Source of the DNA: Rhynchopus sp. YZ270_cl-10
Lineage: Eukaryota
Assembly: GCA_964035575.1 (NCBI GenBank)
Contig: OZ037835.1
Span: 620,001 to 684,000 of the forward strand
Reading direction: 5' to 3'
DNA: 64,000 bases
In this document: positions 1-10,185 of the stretch, in pieces
How positions within the stretch are numbered: the first letter of the stretch is position 1
Layout: each line of letters opens with the position of its first letter
The notes under the pieces: generated by a model
Told to the model about the DNA's origin: nothing
The model's database searches: none
What the model saw: the letters and a program-made list of their open reading frames with translations, nothing else
Program-made: the position numbers and the translations under genes

Positions 1-725
1 AAAAGAGGGGGAGGAGGGAATCGGGCGAGATTAATACCATCGAACGAACGTGTGTTTTTTATTTTCATAATATTATTTGTAAAAATAATCATTCGATCCG
101 AAAAGACTGAACCTATTCAGTGATCTCAATAACCTCCACACAGACTTTACAATGTCTTAGGGAATCCCCTTTTGCGTTTTGCAGCCATGAAAACTGATTT
201 TATTTCCCAACCCAACAACAACAATATAGCGTGAAGACAATAAATAAAATCAAAGCGATCACAGCAAACAGGTGTGAGGGAGAAGAAAAGAAAGTGAACA
301 AAAACGAAAAAACAATGTTTTTCTGAAATGTGATGTTGTTGGGGGTGGGGAGAATAAAACAGTTCCAAGAAAAGCTCCTGCGTCGGTTTTCTTTTGGTTA
401 CAAAAAAAGTTGACCATTTTTTTTTTTTTTTTTCAATATGACCCACCATTGCAACAGCCCCTGCTTTCTGGAAGACGCATTGAGATTTGTGTAGCGGAGC
501 AGAAAAGAATGTCAGTTATAAAATAATAAACAGCGGAGGCACGGCAAAAATGCGCATTTTTGATATTTTTGATATTTTTGGCAGAATTTTTTGGGCGTTT
601 TTTGCGTTTTTTTTAGGGAAAAATAGTGAGGGGAGTTGGGTCCAGTCATAGGAAGTATAGAGAATTTTTGAAAAATTCTTCCATTGGAATAAGGGCTTGC
701 GGGCCTTGCCCTCTGAGGTGTTAGA

Positions 726-795
726 AGGTTTGCAGGTTTGCAGGTTTGCAGGTTTGCAGGTTTGCAGGTTTGCAGGTTTGCAGGTTTGCAGGTTT
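726..795. repeat. (GGTTTGCA)n octamer array, about 9 copies
   Basis: Perfect tandem repeat read directly. Confidence 0.95.
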
Positions 796-1816
796 AAGGA
801 GGCGAATCTGTGTGGATGAGGGTTGAGGGTGCTTAGATGGGGTATGATACTGAGGTGCTTAAATGGTGGTTTTGTAGGTTACATAGTCACGAGACTGCCC
901 TTGTATTAAAAGGGGGAAGAGGGGAGATGATAGGGGACAAGGCTACCAATCCGACTTAAACCGACTCAGTAGGGTCAGGTCGGACCGACCCAAACCTACC
1001 CAGCAAAAAGGTCAAAAAATAGATGTCAATTTTGAGACACTTTTTTTCCACTTTTTTCCTTAGGGATTTTTCCAGGTACTTAGCGAAGCGTTAGGGCGAC
1101 TTAAGTCCCTTGGCCCCAGCGCCCTATGGGGCGCCTCCTCGTCGGGCTGTTAGGGCCCTCCGGTGGCCAGGTTCTTTCTCTGGGCTTAGAGGCTCGAAGT
1201 TCCCCGTCAGATTGGAGCTGGTGTGCTTTATGAGGCTCGCTCGTCTAGATTGAGGCTCGCTCGTCCGGATTGGGCTAGCTCGTCCGCCTTCGGCTAGACC
1301 CTCCGCCTTTGGGTGGGCTCGTGGATCTCCGTTATGTACGTACGGGTTCGATACTCTGGTTGGAGTGTGACAGCACGCCATTTCTTGAGCACGTTGGTAA
1401 CACACGAAGTGCAATGGCGATAATGGAAAGATAGATGCCGGCATTGGTGAATTGCTGGAGTTCTGCACAGGAAGCTAGCATGACGTAGAATCACTGTGTG
1501 AACAAAATGACCGTATTTTGGTTGAAAATTTGACTTGAAAATTTTTTTCATAATTTGCCCAATCGAAGGTTTTCCTTGGATTTTTTGGGCCATTTTATGA
1601 CGTACCACGCCCGATTTTGGGCGAAAAAAAATATTTTTTTTTGGTCAAAAATCGCCTTGTATTACCACTGTATTGGTGTAGGCTTGTACACAGAAGTGTG
1701 TTTTGTGTAACCACAGATGGTCAAAACACCCGATTTTTGCATTTTTTTTGCATTTTTTGGTGCCCAAAGACCCACCTCAGTGGTCGAAATTTTCCCGAAA
1801 AAAAAATTTTTTTTTT

Positions 1817-4029
1817 GGGGAATAGTCAGTTATGCCCTACCCTTTTTTTGAAATGGTCAGAGATACCCGAAAATAAGTTCAGATATTGGTCAGAGATACC
1901 CGAAAATAAGTTCAGATATTGGTCAGAGATGCCCCATTTTCAAAAATAGGGCATAACTGACCAATATCTGAACTTATTTTCGGGTATTTCGGGTATCTCT
2001 GACTATTTCTCAACTTATTTTCGGGCATGTCTGACCATATCGCCAACTTTTTTCGGGTACCCCAAAAAAGTTGGTTTTCGGGTATACCCAGATACCCAGA
2101 TACCCAGATACCCAGATACCCAGATACCCAGATACCCAGATACCCAGATACCCAGATACCCAGATACCCAGATACCAGGTCCAGGTCCAGGTACCCAGGA
2201 ACAGGAAAAAAGTCGTGAAAGAGCAACCACAGCTCCACATGACAAACACAAAAGTGTCCAGTCACGTGGGGCATTCATGCACTGAGGAGATAATGATCCA
2301 ACAATTTACAAGAAAGATTACTTAACCTACTGCTGGAAATTGCCAGGTCGTAGTAACACACAAAGTGTGCCTCCGTTCGGGAAGACCGGATATTCTAGAG
2401 ACCAAAAAGGCCTCAAGAATATCTTCCGGTAGTCAAGGTAGAACCGAGTGAACGGCCCAAGACCCCCGTGGAGAAGTTAAATGTTGTAATGCTATCAGGT
2501 AGAAACTGCGAACACTGTCTTACCCTCCTCAATGCATGGTGGTTGATGTCTTCCACAACAAATTTCCTGTACCCAGGTACCCAGGTTTCCAGACCCACGC
2601 AGCACTACGTCGCAGTACTACGCAAAATTTACCACCAGACCCTGTCTTCGTGCACCTGAAGTACAACGCCGCAGACAGGCCAAACATGCGTTGGACTCAG
2701 AGGAATGCCCGCTGTGCAGGTATCATGAGAACCAACTCCCAGCAACAAGGGGCGCCTTTTGGCGGGCGTTGTTGAGGGTGTTTGGGGTGCAAAGTTTTCC
2801 ACAATTTTGATGCGCGGGTACAGAAGTGTTATCTTGTTCTTTCATCTCTAAGAAATGTAAATGTCAATCGCGTTTAACTACCACGAGGGCTTGTTCAGTG
2901 AACCCACGAGGGGTCGAAGGGGGTTGGTTATCCCATATCTATCAAAGGTTGTGTCGACCAGGCTAAACCACTATGTTACGCTGTACGTTGTTAAATCCGA
3001 AGAAATAACACTTTAGCAGCCGCAGGAAGTTTGCTAAAAAGAGTGCCTCACGCTACACAAACCACCACCCGCGATTGACTTAGATGTTATAACAAAGAGA
3101 ATTCAGAACAAAACAACACCCTGCCCCATACACACTAAATTGTCATGCTTCAAGAGCATGCCTGGGCCAAAATTACTGTGACAAAAAAGGCAACAAGACC
3201 ACCCACAAGGAGTGTGAAATGTGCACTGGTTTTCTGGGGGAACGCAATATTTTCTTGTGCCTCGTCCTCCGTAAGCAGAGGACAGACTTTCCGGAAGGTT
3301 TCCAAAGTCGAATTTCTTGCACTAGCTATGCTCCCTGGGTTAATGGCTATAGCAGTGACTGACAAAGTGTTCCCACCCCCAGGTCTTCGTCCACAAACAA
3401 ATCTAGAATAGATTGATTTGGGTGAAGCCTTGGATTTTGAGTTGTTGAATGTCGGAGAGCGGCGCTCATCGCAATCACGGATGCAGTTCAGATTTCACGA
3501 TCCTGTGATGAGTGTAAATGTGGGGTGTGATTAAGTTATGGTATACAAACGCAGTAGTCGGGAAGGGTGAGGTTAATGAAAAAAGTGGTAATAACTATGT
3601 ATTTCCGCGAAATAAGGTAGCCTTTTTTCACGCTACAGAGAGTTTCCTGCTGCACTAATGGTTCCCAAGCGAAGCGAGGGACCATGTATAAGGGTTTGCG
3701 GGTTTGCGGGTATTTACCCCCACTAAAAGTGGCTGTGTGTGGGGTAGAGGGGTGAAAATCATACCATGCTGCTTCAATACTGTCTCTGCTGTCGCATTCC
3801 CTCATGGTGGGTCACTCACCCACTGGGCAAAAAATCAAAGGGGGTACCCCCAAATAAGTGGGTACCCCAAATAAGTTCAGAGATACCCGAAAAAAGTTCA
3901 GATATACCCGAAAATAAGTTCAGATATAGTCAGTTATGCCCTATTTCTGGTTTTCGGGTATATCTGAACTTATTTTCGGGTATCTCTGACCATTTCAAAA
4001 AAAGGGTAGGGTATAACTGACTATTCCCC
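1817..4029. mobile_element. Non-autonomous Mutator-like TIR element
   Basis: About 70-bp TIRs (GGGGAATAGTCAGTTAT(G/A)CCCTACCC...; 1817-1886 vs 3960-4029, one mismatch); subterminal GATACCCGAAAATAAGTTCAGA repeats; T10 on both flanks fits a 9-10 bp TSD. Confidence 0.8.
2084..2175. repeat. (ACCCAGAT)n octamer array, about 11 copies
   Basis: Perfect tandem repeat that grades into CCAGGT/GGTACCCAGG at its right end. Confidence 0.95.
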
Positions 4030-4039
4030 TTTTTTTTTT

Positions 4040-4370
4040 GAGATTTTTCGATTTTTTGACAAGGCGCTGGCCCATACAAAGTGCATTGGCGGTACAGAAA
4101 ATGGCTGGGGAATAAACTCTAGATGCTCAAAACAGCCCAATTCATGCTTTTTTTGACTTTTTGGTCTCAGAAGGGTGCCTAGGGTGTAGTGAGCAGGCCT
4201 CAAAAACACTTGTGAAAAAAAAAAAATTTTTTTTTTTTTTTTGAGATTTTTCGATTTTTTGACAAGGCGCTGGCCCATACAAAGTGCACTGGCGGTACAG
4301 AAAATGGCTGGGGAATAAACTCTAGATGCTCAAAACAGCCCAATTCATGCTTTTTTTTCGATTTTTTGGA
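4040..4370. repeat. About 203-bp tandem repeat (1.6 copies), with a further partial copy at about 5345-5540
   Basis: GAGATTTTTCG...GACAAGGCGCTGGCCCATACAAA recurs at 4040, 4243 and about 5438. Confidence 0.85.
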
Positions 4371-4738
4371 TTTCTTACAATAGTTCTGTAACCTCTCTCT
4401 CTTTTACGGCAGGTAACCGGTTGAGGTGATACTTCCGGACTGAGGAAGGGCATTCTTTTACTTTTTTTATTTTGCCTGGACGGGGATGGGGGCGGCTTTG
4501 TCTAGATTGTTTTTATTTTGTAGTCTTTTGTTGGGTTAAGGGGATTGGCAGACAACACTGAGGACCTCCTTGGGCCACAGCTGTTGGCGTTGTCTAGCTC
4601 TACCCGGCTGTACACGGTCGGCCTGAAAACAGGTCCGAATCTAGGCTATGTGAACGAAATAAAAATAGCCAAAAAAGAAGGAGAAAGGGAAGAAGGGGGG
4701 GGGAGAGGGGAGAAAAAGTAAAAAGAAGTCTCTAAAGT

Positions 4739-5340
4739 CTATGCGGCGGAGCGAAGGCGCGTCTGCACAAGACTCCTCAGGCGATTGCACAGCGTCGACG
4801 CCTTCCTCAGCTCCTCCTGACTCAACATCGGCCTCACTGCAGTCCTCCACCGCCCACAGTACTCGAAAGCCTCCGCCGCCGTCATAGAGTCCCCGCCTTG
4901 GGAGCTGAAATGAGTGGTAGTGGGATAGAACAACCCCTCCCACTCATCAGCGGTCTCTGGAATAGGCAAGTCAAACCCGGGGCAGGGCGCTATGTCATTC
5001 CATACCGGCACAGGGTTCGGGAGGGCTGGTGGTGCGGATTGGTAGCCACTCTCCGATGGTGTGTCTGTGCTGGGGACCGAGGTTGCGCCAGGCAAGGGAA
5101 CTGCGTGCTGGGACCCGCCAAGGAGGTCCGCGGAGTACGCACTGTCTTGCGAGGCGACGTGTGGCTGCTCACTCGTGTCAGCGTGAGAGTGAGCTGCCTC
5201 AGAGGACGTGTATACGGGGAGGGCTGGGGTGGTGTTTGAATAGCCACTCTCCGTATGGGTCCTTGATGGCTGCGCCTGCGACGTAGCGACCTGCGGAACA
5301 GCGTGAGGCTGCTCTCTCGTGCTGGTGGATGAGGGAACAG
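4739..5340 (-). pseudogene. GC-rich open frame of unknown origin inside the 535-5790 element; 5' end lost in repeat DNA
   Basis: About 200 open codons: an S/P/T/A-rich part with a duplicated ESGY motif, then a helical-looking C-terminus (AAEAFEYCGRWRTAVRPMLSQEELRKASTLCNRLR). No homology recognised. Confidence 0.35.
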
Positions 5341-5655
5341 CCACTTTTTTTGACTTTTTGGTCCCAGAAGGGTGCCTAGGGTGTAGTGAGCAGGCCTCAA
5401 AAACACTTGTGAAAAAAAAAAAAATTTTTTTTTTTTTGAGATTCTTCGATTTTTTTTGACAAGGCGCTGGCCCATACAAACTGTACAGGGTGGGTATTTT
5501 ATACACAAAATAGCCGTGGAATAAATTCTAGATGCTCAAAACATCAAAATTCTGGCTTTATTTGCATTTTTGGTGCAGACATGTGCAAAAAAAAAAATTT
5601 TTTTTTTGTGGGAAAAATTTTGTGATGTCGAAAAAAAAAATTTTTTTTCTTGAAA

Positions 5656-5789
5656 GAGGCACGGCACTTTTGTGGAATTTTGTGGAATTTTGTGGAATTT
5701 TTTATAAGGGGAAAAAGTAGAAGTCGAGTTTTTGAAATTCCACAAAATTCCACAAAATTCCACAAAATTCCACAAAAGTGCCGTGCCTC
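5656..5789. repeat. Hairpin of about 45-bp arms containing (TTTTGTGGAA)n repeats
   Basis: GAGGCACGGCACTTTTGTGGAA... is paired with ...TTCCACAAAAGTGCCGTGCCTC. Confidence 0.85.
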
Positions 5790-6019
5790 CAGCTCGCCGT
5801 ATTAAATTGGCACGTTGCTACCCACATCAAATTTGGGCCATCTATGATCGTCTCCGTGAGACACGCAACAGGCTGTGAGAGCCTGTGAGATTACTGAAAA
5901 ATTGAAAAAAAATGTCTCTCTGTTCATAGAATCTATTAGATGGCCCATAAATTATTGAAATACGCAAGAAGGGAAACCCCTTCGAAATACAGCAACAAGA
6001 AGAGAGAGGTGAGTGCACA

Positions 6020-6240
6020 AGAAATTGAAACCGCGCTCCTACTTTTCCTTTTTATGTTTTTCCCCCCACCCCCCGCAAACAATAAAGACATAAAAACAAT
6101 AAAGACAAAAAAGGGAGAGGTTGTGGTGAAACACACACATCTCGACTTGTCGGTGAAATGTGGCTCTACTCCAACCCGCCCCAGAAAGGGAAAAAAGGAA
6201 GGGAGATGGGGAACGGTGTTCAATTTCCCTTTAGCATTGT
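6020..6240 (+). repeat. Dispersed repeat; other copies at about 9214-9430 and partial at 15175-15245
   Basis: Shared CCCCCCGCAAACAATAAA...GTCGGTGAAATGTGGCTCTACTCCAACCCGCCCCAGAAAGG...CAATTTCC. Confidence 0.8.
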
Positions 6241-6493
6241 ATGTAATCATACAAAATTTTTGCACAGGGAGTTTGAAAATGTTTTTTGTATGTTTTGAAA
6301 GTGCTTTGTGCTCTGTTTTAATTTTGCTTGATAGTTTTGTAGACGTGGAGTTGGAGAGGAAGGGCGCGTTACTTTGTATGAGATTACGACTTATCCTCTT
6401 TCTCAGCCACTGTTTTGTACAGGGAGGGAGGAGTGGGGGGGTTTTTTTTTTTGAAAAGTTTTTCCATTTTTTCACATTTTCCGCGAAATACTA

Positions 6494-7180
6494 CAGTGCG
6501 GCGCCATATTACGGTGGCGCAATATTACGGGGCGCATAATTATGGGTAAAAAATGGATTTACCCATAATTATGCGCCCCGTAATGAAACTTTTTTTTTTT
6601 TTTTAGAAAAATTGTTGTAATGGTAGTTGCCACCTGTGCAAGCTCCACTGTGCGTCGTAAAAACCTCGAAAATATTGCGCGTCGTGGCGAACATTTCAAC
6701 AATTGTGACATAAAAAGCAGGAGGCAACACGATTGGGTGAAGAGTCATCAATGTTACATCGACGAGGAAAGCCCCCAGTTGCACTTCCTATGGCAGTGTG
6801 GCAGATCTCTTGCCCCAGCACCGTGAATCCTTCGTGTGCCATCCGCCTTCACCATCAGGACGTCTGCTGAGAAGGACGAGAAGGCGAATCGGAAGCTTCT
6901 GCTGAGGGAGGAAATTGCCAGTTTGCTGTCCTTGGAGGATGGGCAAGCCACGAAGAGGCGCCGGTGTAGGAGTTGCGGTGGCAGAGGAGACAAGGTGGCA
7001 GAGTGTCAGACGCCTGGGTGGAGAGTGACATGTGTGAGGTCATCCACAATGGATTGTGAAGAAATTTTTTTTGAAAAAAAAAAGTTTTATTACGGGTGCG
7101 CAATATTACGGGGCGCATAATTATGGGTAAATATTGGAGTTACCCATAATTATGCGCCCCCGTAATATGGCGCCGCACTG
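6494..7180 (+). mobile_element. Internally deleted Tc1/pogo (Fot1-like) element with a zinc-knuckle remnant
   Basis: TA|CAGTGCGGCGCCATATTACGG...CCGTAATATGGCGCCGCACTG|TA; a subterminal palindrome at each end; internal frame TKRRRCRSCGGRGDKVAEC resembles the C-terminal CxxC-GH-C knuckle of Fot1/pogo transposases. Confidence 0.8.
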
Positions 7181-7291
7181 TAATAAAATGTCATGCAAAA
7201 CCTTAATGTACACACTCTGTTGATTCTAAAAGCAGGGGGTAGAAAAAAATCGCGAATGGAAAAATGGGGCACGAGAATTGTCTTTTATGTA

Positions 7292-9134
7292 CCGTTTTTT
7301 CCGGGTGTCGGTGGGCTGTAATTGGGTGTAATTGGGCTGTAACTGGGCGTAATTGGGTGAAATTGGGCAAAAATGCCGTTTTTTGCACCTTTGACTTGCT
7401 TTTCGGTCCCCACACCCCCAATTTTTCCCACTTCTGTGCTGTTTCCCTACAAATCCATATAAAATCGAAAACGGCGATGAAAAAGATGCCTTGGTAAATG
7501 GTCACAGATGTTGCACCTGCGCGGTTCCAATGCGAGAATGGAGGACACATGTACCGTTTCCCCCAATTGACCTGCAAGAAATGGCGTAAACCCGCTGCTT
7601 TTAAACACCGGCATTTGCATTTTCGGAATCCGTCCGGCCAGTGGTGGGATCAATTTGCCGAAATGGACAAGTTCTCGTTTTTTGGTCAATTTCCGCACAG
7701 TACACAGTACACAGTACACAGTACACAGTACACAGTACACAGTACACAGTACACAGTACACAGTACACAGTACACAGTACACAGTACACAGTACACAGTA
7801 CACAGTACACAGTACACAGTACACAGTACACAGTACACAGTACACAGTACACAGTACACAGTACACAGTACACAGTACACAGTACACAGTACACAGTACA
7901 CAGTACACAGTACACAGTACACAGTACACAGTACACAGTACACAGTACACAGTACACAGTACACAGTACACAGTACACAGTACACAGTACACAGTACACA
8001 GTACACAGTACACAGTACACAGTACACAGTACACAGTACACAGTACACAGTACACAGTACACAGTACACAGTACACAGTACACAGTACACAGTACACAGT
8101 ACACAGTACACAGTACACAGTACACAGTACACAGTACACAGTACACAGTACACAGTACACAGTACACAGTACACAGTACACAGTACACAGTACACAGTAC
8201 ACAGTACACAGTACACAGTACACAGTACACAGTACACAGTACACAGTACACAGTACACAGTACACAGTACACAGTACACAGTACACAGTACACAGTACAC
8301 AGTACACAGTACACAGTACACAGTACACAGTACACAGTACACAGTACACAGTACACAGTACACAGTACACAGTACACAGTACACAGTACACAGTACACAG
8401 TACACAGTACACAGTACACAGTACACAGTACACAGTACACAGTACACAGTATACAAACCACCTGATTGCCAACTTCCGAAAACCATCACCTGTACCGATA
8501 CACAAACTCCACGGTCAAAAATAGTGTTATTATTGGAGTAAACGCCAGGTGGTCTGAAGAGTGATCTGACCATATTCTCCAGGTATAACAAATGCTCAAA
8601 CAATGCATTGTCGAAGGAATATTGTACTTTCGACCACCACAGATTACATGTGTTTCTACCGGTTTTTTATGTGCTGATGTGTGCTGGGAAGCATGTCACC
8701 AGTGTTACAATTTTACAAGGTAAAAATGACCTATGTACGTATGTGAGGAAGAAGGCTGAGTGGGCATATAGTGCCACAAAATATATGGGAGGCATGCAGT
8801 CCCCTGTCCGGTTACCAAAACCCGCCCGTCATAGGCGTTCCCACTTTTCGGTGCCACACCTGAAAAGCGGGTGTCGTCACACCCTCTAGTTGAGTATCCC
8901 GTTTGACCCGCTCAGAGGCTGGACCTCACCGTGTGAGCAAGCAAAACAGGTCACCCCCTGGTAAGCCCCCCTCAAAAACACCTGAGTTGTACTAGTGGTG
9001 TGACTGGGTGTAATTGGTTGTAATTGGGCAAAATTGGGCTGTACTTGGGTTTTATTGGGTATAATTGGGCATAATTGACCCCAAGTGGGTCCAGATGGGC
9101 TCTGTTGGGTCCGGTTGGGTGGGTGAAAAAACGG
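7292..9134. mobile_element. Putative TA-target TIR element carrying the long CACAGTA array
   Basis: TA|CCGTTTTTTC ... GAAAAAACGG|TA; GGGTGTAATTGG-type subterminal repeats near both ends. TIR only 10 bp. Confidence 0.45.
7696..8451. repeat. (CACAGTA)108 heptamer array
   Basis: 756 bp that appears perfect; explains the six spurious YCVLCTV/HSTQYTV ORFs. Confidence 0.97.
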
Positions 9135-10185
9135 TACAATATTTTATGTACTAAAATATTTCCTAATATATGTCCCAAGACTCACTGGAAAGTGTCATGT
9201 CCCCGAATATAAGAATTGAAATCACTCCTACACCTACTTTTCCTTTTTGTTGTTTCCCCACCCCCCGCAAACAATAAAAACAATAAAACAATGAAGACAA
9301 AAGGGAGAGGCTATGGTGAAGTGCACACACCTAGACCTGTCGGTGAAATGTGGCTCTACTCCAACCCGCCCCAGAAAGGAAAAAAAGGAAGGGAGATGGG
9401 GAACGGTGTTCAATTTCCTTTTTAGCATTTGCGTGGAATCATAAAACAAAAAAACCTTTTATGGTGTGATTTTCCTAAGAATTAGGTGTAAATTGGGTAC
9501 TTCTTGGGTCCTTCTAGGGTATACACCCTAGCCCTATACAGCCACACCACTTTTGTTACATTTTTCCAGCGTTTTCTGCACAGTAGAATTCTTATTTTCT
9601 GTGTCGTGTAGGATTTTGCCTGGGTACCTAGGTACCTGGGCACCAGGTGCCTGGCACCCAGAATACCTGGGTACCAGAAAGCGATAGGTACTACAGTGTA
9701 CAGTGTATAAAACCATAAAACAGTGTATTTCTGTGATTCAAACACTGGAAAAATGTAACAAAGCACTGTTTTCCCCTCGAGAACAGCGGTTTTCTCTCGA
9801 GAAAAAATAGCTTTTTTTTTTTTTTTGAAAATTTGGTTGTATTAGTGTAGCCACCCTAGTCCAGGCTAGAGTGTGCTCCACTATATATTATTTTTTTTCC
9901 TTTCCCCAAAACGCCCAGAAATGGATGTCAAAGGAAAAGCCCTTTTGCCTGAAGTACAGGTGGTGAAGAGCACAGGGGAAAGAGGGGGGGGAAACAAGCC
10001 GGGGGAGGGGGATACGCAGAACGCGCAACTTTCCACGAGGGTCTCGAGCATTTTTGCCTAATACGATGCGTTCACTAGGATATGTCTAACTCTTTGTATT
10101 TGAATATCTGCTGAGATCTTCCACACTGCCGATCTCATTCTCACCTGCGTCAACGAAATGTTGTATTCTTGCGCCTTACAACCCC

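Larger units (their letters stand above)
535..5790. mobile_element. Putative non-autonomous TIR transposon (12-bp TIR, 3-bp TSD; PIF/Harbinger-like?) hosting a nested element
   Basis: GGAGGCACGGCA at 535-546 and its reverse complement TGCCGTGCCTCC at 5779-5790; AGC directly flanks both ends. The TIR is short, so pairing is tentative. Confidence 0.5.

Noticed and set aside
7447..8603. Six long ORFs (YCVLCTV/HSTQYTV repeats); likewise 27985-28792, 12862-13336, 1912-2325 and 58050-58382
   Set aside because: Products of stop-free microsatellites; open in all frames with no coding signature.
9515..9860. Possible MITE with degenerate GGTACCTGG repeats
   Set aside because: TIR match is imperfect and there is no convincing TSD.
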